Assembly (NCBI GenBank): GCA_041694835.1
Contig: JBGFRZ010000020.1
Location: 1-30,954, forward strand
DNA from: Ignavibacteria bacterium
GTDB taxonomy: Bacteria > Elusimicrobiota > Endomicrobiia > PHAN01
DNA length: 30,954 bases
Reading direction: 5' to 3'
Positions 1-8,160 of the stretch are shown here, piece by piece. Both the position numbers and the translations under genes were made by a program. The notes beneath the pieces are model-generated. The model was given only the letters and a program-made list of their open reading frames with translations, did not search any database and was not told where the DNA came from. Each line of letters begins with the position of its first letter. Position 1 is the stretch's first letter.

Positions 1-17
1 TTGTTTTCGTCAGAAAT

Positions 18-46
18 ATTATAGCAATTCCGGAGAGAAAATGCAA
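18..46 (-). promoter_or_regulatory. sigma70-type promoter pointing out of the left edge of the window
   Basis: Minus strand reads TTGCAT-17 nt-TATAAT with an extended -10 TG (TGcTATAAT). Confidence 0.6.
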
Positions 47-132
47 ATGTTTTATCGTCGGATTTACCGACGAGAATTATTTCAAAGAACTAAAGAGGGT
101 TTTTCAACGCTCTCATTATATAAAAATCGGGG

Positions 133-1002
133 TTATTCCAAAATTTTTTCCTGATTTCTGTCAAGTCGGGCTTTCAGGCTTTTAAGCTGGATAATATTTC
201 CGTAATCTATCTTCAACTTCCCTATAAGGGCAGAGTCGTCCATAAGAGAGCCGTGACAATCCGTTCCGCCGGTTTTTATAAGCCCCAGATCGTTGGCCCA
301 GCCGATATAGGTTGAAGTAAGTTCTGTGGAATGCTTAATGTGCCAGACTTCAATGCCCATGAGACCTTTATTTACAAGAGACTTCAAAGTATTCTTTGTA
401 ATGTTGCCGTAGAATGGGTGCGCCAAAACGGGTATCCCTCCGATTCTTTGTATCATCTTTATAGCATCTTCTGGTTTAAGCCTGAGCTTGGGGACATAGG
501 CGGGCCTTCCTTCGCCAAGATATTTTTCAAACGCCTCTTGCACGTATGAGACGTGTTTTTCCTCAAGCAAGAGTTTGGCGAAATGCAACCTGCCAATGCT
601 TCCAGGACCAGCGGTTTTGAAGAGCTTTTCTTCGTTGATTTTTATTCCTATATGATTGAGTTTGTCGAGTATGTGGAAGGCGCGGTGCTCGCGGGCCTGA
701 CGGAAAAGCTTGAGCTCCTCCTGAAACTTTATATTTTCCCAGTTGATGTAGTAGCCAAGTATGTGCATCTCGTGATCCTGAGAAATCCTCATCTCGACCG
801 AAAGCTCGACTCCCGGGATGACCTCGATGCCGATTTTTGCTCCCTCTTTTATTCCTTCGACGAGACCGTCTGTTATGTCGTGATCGGTTATACTTACAGC
901 GCTCAGTCCGGTTTTCTGTGCCCTTCTTACAAGCTCGGAAGGACTAAAAGAGCCGTCGGAGTATTTTGTGTGAAGATGCAAATCTGCATAAAGTCTTTCC
1001 AT
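133..1002 (-). CDS. PHP-domain metal-dependent phosphoesterase (TrpH/YciV-like)
   Basis: Motifs DLHLHT..SDG, ITDHD, GVELS, HILGY, GRLHFA, LAHP, GGTDCHG. Confidence 0.92.
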   Translation of the reverse strand: MERLYADLHLHTKYSDGSFSPSELVRRAQKTGLSAVSITDHDITDGLVEGIKEGAKIGIEVIPGVELSVEMRISQDHEMHILGYYINWENIKFQEELKLFRQAREHRAFHILDKLNHIGIKINEEKLFKTAGPGSIGRLHFAKLLLEEKHVSYVQEAFEKYLGEGRPAYVPKLRLKPEDAIKMIQRIGGIPVLAHPFYGNITKNTLKSLVNKGLMGIEVWHIKHSTELTSTYIGWANDLGLIKTGGTDCHGSLMDDSALIGKLKIDYGNIIQLKSLKARLDRNQEKILE

Positions 1003-1056
1003 ATTTGAGTTTTAGAATTCAAGACCCGAGACTTTCTAAATCTCCAAAACTTAAAC

Positions 1057-2349
1057 TTATAACAAATCGGAAGCAAGAGAAGCAAGCTCGCTCCTTTCAG
1101 ATTTCGTAAATGTAAGATGCCCATATATATCCTGACCCTTGAACCTTTCGACAAGATTCGTGAGACCGTTTGAAGATGCATCGAGATAAGGGTTGTCTAT
1201 CTGATGCGGATCTCCGGTCAGAACGATTTTTGTTCCGGCGCCGGCGCGTGATATTATCGTTTTTACTTCATGAGGCGTGAGATTCTGTGCGTCGTCTATA
1301 ATTATGTACTGACCCGGCAGGCTCCTTCCGCGGATGTAGGTAAGCGCTTCTATTTCTAAAAGCCCTGTGTCGAAAAGATAAGATATTTTTGAAGTTATAT
1401 CCTGTCCCGGATTCTTCCTTTCGAGCAAAAACTCCATATTGTCGTATATGGCGCCCATCCATGAGAAGAGTTTTTCCTCCTTTGTTCCCGGAAGATATCC
1501 TATGTCCCTTCCCATCGGAATGACAGGCCGGGCTATGAAAAGCTTGCTGAATTTTTTTTCTTCGACAACCTTTTGAAGACCGCATGCGAGAGAAAGAAGC
1601 GTTTTGCCTGCTCCGGGAACACCGATAAGGGTAACGAGGTTGATGTCATTGCACAAAAGCAGCTCCAGAGCAAACTTCTGATGGACATTGAGGGGCTTTA
1701 ATCCCCATGGCGCAACATTCTGGTGGTAAAGAGGCATGAGTTTGTTTTCTTTCAAACTATATTTCGCTATCGCGCTTTTAGAACCGCTTTTATTTTTCAT
1801 TATTACACATTCATTTGCCAGCAAACCTTCCTGGGAAACAAAATTTTGCTGCGCGTAAAATTTATCTATTTCCGAGTCGGCGGTCTCGACTTCCCGCCAG
1901 CCATCGTATAATTCTTCTATCTTTACCTTTTCTTTTTCGTAATCCTGAGCGTCTATACCAAGTACTTCCGCTTTTATCCTGAGGTTAATGTCTTTAGTGA
2001 TGAATACTACGTTTCCGCCTTTTTTCTGTAGATCGAGGGCGAGAGCGAGTATACGATTGTCGGCTTTCGGCACAAGGAAAGGCATCGGATGCGGTTCATC
2101 CGGCTCAAGTGCTACTTTTATGATGGAGTCCTTCACTTTGAGCCCATCGGAAAGTTTTCCCTGAGAACGCAAGGAGTTCAGTTTCCTGATTATTGACCTC
2201 GCCTGGCGACCTCGCTCATCGTTGTTTCTTTTGAATCCGTCAAGCTCTTCTATTACGGTCATCGGTAGAACAACGGTGCTTTTTCTAAATGTCAGAAATG
2301 AATCCGGATCGTGAATCAAAACGTTTGTATCAAGCACAAATGTCTTCAA
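1057..2349 (-). CDS. phoH: PIN domain + PhoH-family ATPase (PhoH2/YlaK-like)
   Basis: N-terminal FVLDTNVLIHDP, EELD, DNRIL, TKDINLRIKA (PIN); Walker A GVPGAGKT; IGYLPG, RGRSL, DAQNLT, GDPHQID. TTG start overlaps the upstream stop. Confidence 0.93.
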   Translation of the reverse strand: MKTFVLDTNVLIHDPDSFLTFRKSTVVLPMTVIEELDGFKRNNDERGRQARSIIRKLNSLRSQGKLSDGLKVKDSIIKVALEPDEPHPMPFLVPKADNRILALALDLQKKGGNVVFITKDINLRIKAEVLGIDAQDYEKEKVKIEELYDGWREVETADSEIDKFYAQQNFVSQEGLLANECVIMKNKSGSKSAIAKYSLKENKLMPLYHQNVAPWGLKPLNVHQKFALELLLCNDINLVTLIGVPGAGKTLLSLACGLQKVVEEKKFSKLFIARPVIPMGRDIGYLPGTKEEKLFSWMGAIYDNMEFLLERKNPGQDITSKISYLFDTGLLEIEALTYIRGRSLPGQYIIIDDAQNLTPHEVKTIISRAGAGTKIVLTGDPHQIDNPYLDASSNGLTNLVERFKGQDIYGHLTFTKSERSELASLASDLL

Positions 2350-3134
2350 TTTTTTTCTCCAAAATTTGTTTCAATATAAAATCCTATCTTTTTCGAGTTT
2401 TCCGTAAGGCCGAAAAGCAACGTCGCCGACAGTGGAATCTTTAAGGCATTATAGTGAATGCCGGGAGCGATATAAAGCTCCTGTTTGAATCCACGGGGTT
2501 CCTGCCAATAGTTGTTGAAACCCTTCAATTCACCGACGAATGTCATTTGTTCATCGTAGCGATATCTCGCTCCGGCCCTGTATGAAAATACGCGCGGCGG
2601 ATTTGCTCCGGCAAGAACCTCTTTATCGTTGAACTCTCCGGCTATGCCAAAAATAACCTCAACGGGTCTGATTTCCTTTATCATATACCATCCGCCAGAA
2701 AGTCCAACCCCGCCAAGCCCAAGATTTTTAGTATGGTCAGCAATCGGCAGCGAAACACCTCCCTCAAGAAATATCATCGGCGGGTCGTCTTTTTTTCTGA
2801 AAAAGTTATATTTAACGGAAAACTTCATATCCGAAATGCCGCGATTCGATGTCTTGTATATCAATCCCCACCTTATTTTGAGCTCAAGGCTCTCAAGTAT
2901 GCCATAGTAGATGTTGAGTGGCAACTCAAAATAATCGTCAGAAAGAATTATTGAACCGCTGAAACTATGTGCGTTTTTGGGTGTTTCGGGCGGGAATATG
3001 TCTGGCCGCCACGGCTCAATTACAGAAGCGGAAACAATGGTGAAAGGAAGGAAAAAAATAAGAGAGAAAGTGAATAAAAATAAAAAATAAATTTGCATGG
3101 TTTTCATAAATTTCCTCAATTTATGTTTTTTCAC
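2346..3134 (-). CDS. Exported protein, probable outer-membrane beta-barrel
   Basis: Hydrophobic signal-like N-terminus, alternating beta-strand pattern, GISDMKFSVKYNF and GVSLP motifs. Start codon uncertain (3134 GTG or 3107/3098 ATG). Confidence 0.55.
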   Translation of the reverse strand: MKKHKLRKFMKTMQIYFLFLFTFSLIFFLPFTIVSASVIEPWRPDIFPPETPKNAHSFSGSIILSDDYFELPLNIYYGILESLELKIRWGLIYKTSNRGISDMKFSVKYNFFRKKDDPPMIFLEGGVSLPIADHTKNLGLGGVGLSGGWYMIKEIRPVEVIFGIAGEFNDKEVLAGANPPRVFSYRAGARYRYDEQMTFVGELKGFNNYWQEPRGFKQELYIAPGIHYNALKIPLSATLLFGLTENSKKIGFYIETNFGEKN

Positions 3135-4245
3135 GACCGACGAGCATAAGAATGACCACTACAACAAACAGAAGGGAGGTGCGAAGCAAAATCAGATAAG
3201 CGTCTGTTGTGCTCGCGTTTTTTATCGTAAGGGCGCCGAGACCGATGGTGAAATTCAAAAGAAGAACAAAAATCAGAGCCGTCGTTTTTGTAAATCCTAT
3301 ATGAATGAGACGGTGGTGGAAGTGATCTTTTCCCGTATATTCAAGCCACCCCCTGAAAGTTTTTACTGTGCCGTTTCTTATTCTTGATATGGTCGTATAG
3401 AGCATGTCGAAAATGGGAATGCTCAAAACCATCAGAGGTGTCGTAACAGCCACAATAGGATCGGGATATCCCCACGTTCCAAAGACCGCTATCCCTGCTA
3501 TCAAAAAACCAATGTAAGTTGCACCCGAATCACCCAGAAAAACTTTGCCTCTGAGATTTTTGAAAAGAAAACCTATACATCCACCAACAAGAGCCATCGT
3601 CATGTACGCAAGATAACTCTGTCTGGTGCCGAAAGCCACAAGGAAAAATAAAATTCCGCAGAGCCCAATCATACCAGCCGCAAGGCCGTTTATCCCGTCG
3701 AGGAAGTTTAAGCCGTTCGCTATCCCTACGAGCCAGATTATCGTTATCGCATATTCAATAGCAATCTCCCCCGCGATATGCGGAACAACCGTTATCCTTA
3801 CCCCACCCATGACCACTATAAACGCAGCACATATCTGGACGAAAAGTCTCATTGATGCCCGCTGGGGCTTTATATCATCTATAAGTCCCATCACATAAAT
3901 TATCGAAGAACCAATGACAAGGGCGGTGAGCTCTTTTGAAAACTGGAGGTTTCTTATCGTCGAAAAAAGAACGGCGGCAAAAATAGCAAAACCGCCCATG
4001 CGAGGAGTCGGAACATCATGAATTTTTCTTTCCGACGGGTAATCAAGAACTTTGAATCTGTGCGCGAGATAAATCGATATGTCCGTCATAATAGTGGAAA
4101 TGACAATTGAGACCAAAAATACATAAAGCCACCTGATATCGGCGAGCCACGCCCAACGACCGCCATATGGCTGAAGCAAAATGAGCAAAAGTAAAATCAA
4201 CAATATCGTTCCGATTTTATTTTTCAACATAAAAAATATGCGCAC
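3121..4245 (-). CDS. Undecaprenyl-phosphate HexNAc-1-P transferase (WecA/TagO/MraY family)
   Basis: RKIH..PTPRMGG, GLIDD, NFLDGINGLA, FLGDSGA, HFHHRL; multiple TM helices. Confidence 0.92.
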   Translation of the reverse strand: MRIFFMLKNKIGTILLILLLLILLQPYGGRWAWLADIRWLYVFLVSIVISTIMTDISIYLAHRFKVLDYPSERKIHDVPTPRMGGFAIFAAVLFSTIRNLQFSKELTALVIGSSIIYVMGLIDDIKPQRASMRLFVQICAAFIVVMGGVRITVVPHIAGEIAIEYAITIIWLVGIANGLNFLDGINGLAAGMIGLCGILFFLVAFGTRQSYLAYMTMALVGGCIGFLFKNLRGKVFLGDSGATYIGFLIAGIAVFGTWGYPDPIVAVTTPLMVLSIPIFDMLYTTISRIRNGTVKTFRGWLEYTGKDHFHHRLIHIGFTKTTALIFVLLLNFTIGLGALTIKNASTTDAYLILLRTSLLFVVVVILMLVGREKT

Positions 4246-4862
4246 TATAAAAACGCGCGCATTTCAAGCCTTAAAGGAACAAAACCCTCTGCATAGTGCG
4301 TTCTGTTCTGATAGCCTCTGAAAATCGCCGTGGACTTCGCCGCGTCAAGTATAGAAAGCCCCGCTATCTTTGTAGCGAACACCTGTGATTTGTGCGCTTC
4401 AAGAAGCTTTATCTTTTCGCCTATGTGATTCGTTATATCAACGAAGACGCGAGCAAGCGAAAAATCGATAGTTGTGGGAACTTCGTAAAAAAGAACGTTT
4501 TTTATGTATCTTGTCGCCGTTATCGTGCTTTGAGCGGTGTTTCTGTGGTCTTGATGCGTATCGTCGGGATGATGAACAAAAATGAGGTCGGGTTTTACCT
4601 TCTTTATGACATTCTCAATGAAAATTATTATTTCTCTGTTTAAGGGTATCTCGGTATCGGAAAAATTTCCATATATAACTTTTGCGTTTAATATATCAGC
4701 AGCCGATCGCTGCTCTTTTTTTCTTTTAACGACCGAGCCACCATGTGAGCCACTTGTCATTACAAGCAGATGAATGTTCGAGGTTTTTTTGAATTTGGAG
4801 AGTGTGCCGCCACAGCCAAACTCTATATCGTCGGGATGAGAGCCTATAGCAAGGATATTCAT
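4245..4862 (-). CDS. PIG-L/LmbE family N-acetyl-sugar deacetylase
   Basis: HPDDIEFGCGG, HQDH, HKSQ, YAEGF. Start moved to MNILAIG at 4862 because the longer ORF runs into a repeat array. Confidence 0.9.
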   Translation of the reverse strand: MNILAIGSHPDDIEFGCGGTLSKFKKTSNIHLLVMTSGSHGGSVVKRKKEQRSAADILNAKVIYGNFSDTEIPLNREIIIFIENVIKKVKPDLIFVHHPDDTHQDHRNTAQSTITATRYIKNVLFYEVPTTIDFSLARVFVDITNHIGEKIKLLEAHKSQVFATKIAGLSILDAAKSTAIFRGYQNRTHYAEGFVPLRLEMRAFL

Positions 4863-4871
4863 AATAATATT

Positions 4872-4962
4872 AGTTAGAGCACAAGAGCATAAGTGCACAA
4901 GTCACTCGTCATTCATTATTCACTATTCGCTCTACTGCTCTACTGTTGTGATGCGCTCCTGC
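4872..4962. repeat. Degenerate 7/8-nt tandem array (AAGAGCAC-like, then CACTATT/CTCTACTG-like)
   Basis: tagagcac aagagcat aagtgcac aagt, then cattcattattcactattcgctctactgctctactgtt. Confidence 0.75.
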
Positions 4963-4969
4963 TTTATAA

Positions 4970-5770
4970 CTACAATGACAAACTTTGGACCGTTTCAACG
5001 ACAGTCTCCAAATCTATCATCTCAATCTCTTTTCCAAAACCTGTGAGAAGCGCCGAGTCGCAAAGGAGATTTATCCTTCTCGGGATGCCTCCCGAGCGCT
5101 CGACTATCAGGTTATCAGCCTCATCGGTAAATATTTTTCTGGATGCTCCGGCGATTTTAAGACGATGGTCTATGTAATTGCGAATCTCTTTTGCTGAAAG
5201 TGGCTCAAGGAAAAACCTCATGGCTATCCTTTGATTCAACTGTTTGTTCCCCTCTATCTTTTCCCTTAGTTCGGGTTGCCCGAGTATAAGCAGAGATAAT
5301 AGAAACTTGTCTTCGTGCTGGAAATTCAAAAGTAGTCTGAGTTCCTCAAAAATGTTTTTATCTTCTATCGCGTGGGCCTCGTCGATAACGACGACCGTCT
5401 TTTTTCCGTCGGCGAGATTGTTTTTCAGCATGCGTTCAAGCTCAATAAGAACATCCGCTTTTCTTATCGGCAGAGTTGTGGAGCCTAGACTGTGCGAAAT
5501 CATCCTCAGCATCTCCACGTCGTCGAGCCTCGGGTTTGTGACGAGGGCAACTTTGTATATGGAGTTTTGCAGTTCTTTCATGAGCGCCCTGGCAAGAAGA
5601 GTCTTTCCGCAGCCATAGACCCCTGTGAGAAGTCCGGCGCCTTTTCCCTCCTTGACGACATAGAGCATTCTGTTGAGGCCTTCTTCGTGTTGGTCTGAGT
5701 GATATAGGTATTTTGGGTCGGGCGTGTTTTCGAACGGTTTTTCATTCAACTGCCAGTATTTCTCGTACAT
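4970..5770 (-). CDS. ExeA/GspA-like AAA ATPase (stand-alone)
   Basis: KPFENTPDP, Walker A GVYGCGKT, Walker B VVVIDEAH, GQPEL, SGGIPRRINLLCD. Start moved to MYEKYW at 5770. Confidence 0.92.
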   Translation of the reverse strand: MYEKYWQLNEKPFENTPDPKYLYHSDQHEEGLNRMLYVVKEGKGAGLLTGVYGCGKTLLARALMKELQNSIYKVALVTNPRLDDVEMLRMISHSLGSTTLPIRKADVLIELERMLKNNLADGKKTVVVIDEAHAIEDKNIFEELRLLLNFQHEDKFLLSLLILGQPELREKIEGNKQLNQRIAMRFFLEPLSAKEIRNYIDHRLKIAGASRKIFTDEADNLIVERSGGIPRRINLLCDSALLTGFGKEIEMIDLETVVETVQSLSL

Positions 5771-5787
5771 GGTTTTAAGATGTAAGA

Positions 5788-5930
5788 AGTTAGAGCACAA
5801 GGCACAAGACAGAACAGTAGAGCAACAGAACAGTAGCGAGTAGATAGGGGATAGGGTTCAGAGGATAGAACCACTTATCCACTATTTGTCATTTGCTATT
5901 CCCTATTGCCTACTGCCTATTGCCTGCCTT
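5788..5930. repeat. Degenerate 7/8-nt tandem array, purine-rich half then pyrimidine-rich half
   Basis: agttagagcacaaggcacaagacagaacagtagagcaacagaacagtag, then tccacta tttgtca tttgcta ttcccta ttgccta ctgccta ttgcctg. Confidence 0.8.
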
Positions 5931-5940
5931 TCCGCATTCA

Positions 5941-6633
5941 CTACTTGCTATTTGCTTCTTCTATCATTTTTCCGCTCTCCGGACCGCAGTTAAAAAGCAT
6001 ATCAATCGCTGAGATGTACGGTTCAAAGCCGTCAAAAAGTTGCTTATATTTCGGGGGTCTGAAATCCTGATAGACGACTTTTATCCCGTTTTCTTCAAAG
6101 GTTTTTTCATCCATGTAATCCCTGGCGCCTGTGCCGGAAAGATACGTATCCGCTCCAAAATGTTTGCATATATCAATGAGCCTCTGAGTGGCTCTCGATT
6201 CAAGTTTTAGTTTGCTTGAAAACTCCACTGGAGTATTCATGCCGAGTTCCTTCATTATAAATTTTATGGTTTCAACATTCAGGTCGCAAAGATATTCCCA
6301 GTTTATTTTATATAATTTTTCAAAAAAATCAATATATAACTCAAAATAGGCGCTTTTCGCATAGTTGTGAATTATGCTTTTCAGGTGTTCATTTTTCCAT
6401 GTGGACGTCGGATATATCAGGACCTCGTTTATTCTTTGGTAATAACTCCCCTTCGTTATGACGGGGACTGTCAGCCACATAAAACCTTCTTTCGTTCGGA
6501 TCTTGTTCCTGTTCTGAAACTCTCTCTTTTTGTACTGGACATCGTCGAGAAATACAAAGAGATCGCTTCCCGCTATCTTGTCAAAATAACCAAGCCACGG
6601 AAGATATTGAGGTTGATGGACGCTGATGAGCAT
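5941..6633 (-). CDS. WbqC-like protein
   Basis: HQPQYLPWLGYFDKI, FLDDVQY, QNRNKI, WLTVPV, YLSGTGARDY, SAIDMLFN. Confidence 0.93.
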   Translation of the reverse strand: MLISVHQPQYLPWLGYFDKIAGSDLFVFLDDVQYKKREFQNRNKIRTKEGFMWLTVPVITKGSYYQRINEVLIYPTSTWKNEHLKSIIHNYAKSAYFELYIDFFEKLYKINWEYLCDLNVETIKFIMKELGMNTPVEFSSKLKLESRATQRLIDICKHFGADTYLSGTGARDYMDEKTFEENGIKVVYQDFRPPKYKQLFDGFEPYISAIDMLFNCGPESGKMIEEANSK

Positions 6634-6641
6634 AGATAATA

Positions 6642-8144
6642 TTATGTAGCAGGCAAGGAACGATTTTTACCTTTTCCTTCTACCTTATTATTTTCTACAA
6701 AGACAGGATTTGTCGCCAGATAGTTTGGATAACCAGCGTCTATGAAAACTCTGTAATAACTCATCGGACGATTTTCGCTGCTATCTGATATTTTTTCGTT
6801 CATACCGCGGTCATAAAAGAACTTGCCGGGGATTTCCGCTTCCATCGAATTAACCACATCACCGTCTTTTATTATATAAATTTTCGCTTGTCTTTTTAAG
6901 TCATCCGAAGTTTTTATGTCCATGAAAATTTTTACAGCACCATGAGATTGCAGTCTTCCACCGAATATCGCTCTTTCATCGCCGCTCTCGACATAAAAGT
7001 CTTCGAGTGTCATCTCCCACTCCGCGGACCTCCAAAGAGCGTAAAAAGAGCCGTTTTTCAGCCCGTCAATGACATCGTTTTTGTTTTTTTTCACAACCCA
7101 TACTATATTTTTGCAGGAATCGATATCACCTTTATATCCTTCCCCGTAATCAACCTCGCTTACGGCCCAAACGGGTTTTTTTCTTTTTCCGCGGCAGTAT
7201 TCTTCAAGGACATCGTCCCAAACACCTCCGACGGAACCCACTTTTCTGTATCCTTCGGGAAAAATGGCAAAGCCCGTGTAGTCCTTTGTTCTCATTAAAA
7301 CATTTGGATACGGCATGGTCTTTATAAACACATTCTCTATTTTTCTTGGATTTTCCCAATTCGTCGCTTCAGGATGCGCCCAAAAAGTGAGGGCGTTTTT
7401 CGAGCCAACGTAGTCTATCGCTTCCTGATAGGGTCTGTTATTGTCGAAGATTGGTCTGTGCGGTTCGTATTTCGGTGTTTCGAAAGGATAATTGCCGAAA
7501 AGTGCGACCAAACCGGCGGTTAAAAGCAAAAAGGCAGGAAACTTTTTCTTTTTGAACAAGACAAATCCGAAAATCACAAAAACCGCGGGCCATAGCATGA
7601 TAATATCAAATTCGCCCGGTTCGGAAATTCCACTGAGGGGAAGCATCCTGTAATCACCGGGATTTTCCATGCCGACGATTAGCATATGCCTGTGCCAGTC
7701 GTTTATAGTGAGATTCTGTTCTGGCAAACTTCCGCTCCACCAGTAATAGGGAGTGGATTCAATGCCCGAAATTATAATGATGTCGGGATATTTGATGCGG
7801 AGTTTTGCTATTTCATACAGATATTTCTCGGGACCCTTTTTTATGACGGAGTCGAATTCATTTTTTACCGATAGTATTCTAAAATACTTAACTGGGCCAT
7901 AAATCCAACTCATGACAACGTGATCGGTCGGTATTATGACATCTATGTTCTTCTGTCTTGCTCTTAAAACCAGATCCTCAAGCGAATGGGAAACGCCGTG
8001 CGAGAAGTTCGAGTGAAGATGCATAATGCAAGAAAGTTTCTGGTAAGCGAATACTTCTGACACATATATGAAACTGCAGATTAACCCCGTTAGAAATATC
8101 TGACGGATATATGAATGGCGCTTATTTTCCTCCATAGAACGCAT
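6642..8144 (-). CDS. Membrane-associated PHP-like metallohydrolase
   Basis: Signal-like N-terminus; HLHS, TDH, GIE, HRH, AHP and SEVD metal-ligand-type motifs; two internal hydrophobic helices. Start probably 8144 or 8135. Confidence 0.65.
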   Translation of the reverse strand: MRSMEENKRHSYIRQIFLTGLICSFIYVSEVFAYQKLSCIMHLHSNFSHGVSHSLEDLVLRARQKNIDVIIPTDHVVMSWIYGPVKYFRILSVKNEFDSVIKKGPEKYLYEIAKLRIKYPDIIIISGIESTPYYWWSGSLPEQNLTINDWHRHMLIVGMENPGDYRMLPLSGISEPGEFDIIMLWPAVFVIFGFVLFKKKKFPAFLLLTAGLVALFGNYPFETPKYEPHRPIFDNNRPYQEAIDYVGSKNALTFWAHPEATNWENPRKIENVFIKTMPYPNVLMRTKDYTGFAIFPEGYRKVGSVGGVWDDVLEEYCRGKRKKPVWAVSEVDYGEGYKGDIDSCKNIVWVVKKNKNDVIDGLKNGSFYALWRSAEWEMTLEDFYVESGDERAIFGGRLQSHGAVKIFMDIKTSDDLKRQAKIYIIKDGDVVNSMEAEIPGKFFYDRGMNEKISDSSENRPMSYYRVFIDAGYPNYLATNPVFVENNKVEGKGKNRSLPAT

Positions 8145-8160
8145 GATACCGATTTTTGTA

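Noticed and set aside
55-73. Hairpin TCGTCGG-ATTTA-CCGACGA as operon terminator
   Set aside because: No U-tract follows on the minus strand; insufficient support.
1057-2349. Toxin-antitoxin or defence system based on the PIN domain
   Set aside because: Ordinary PIN-PhoH architecture with no antitoxin or defence partner nearby.
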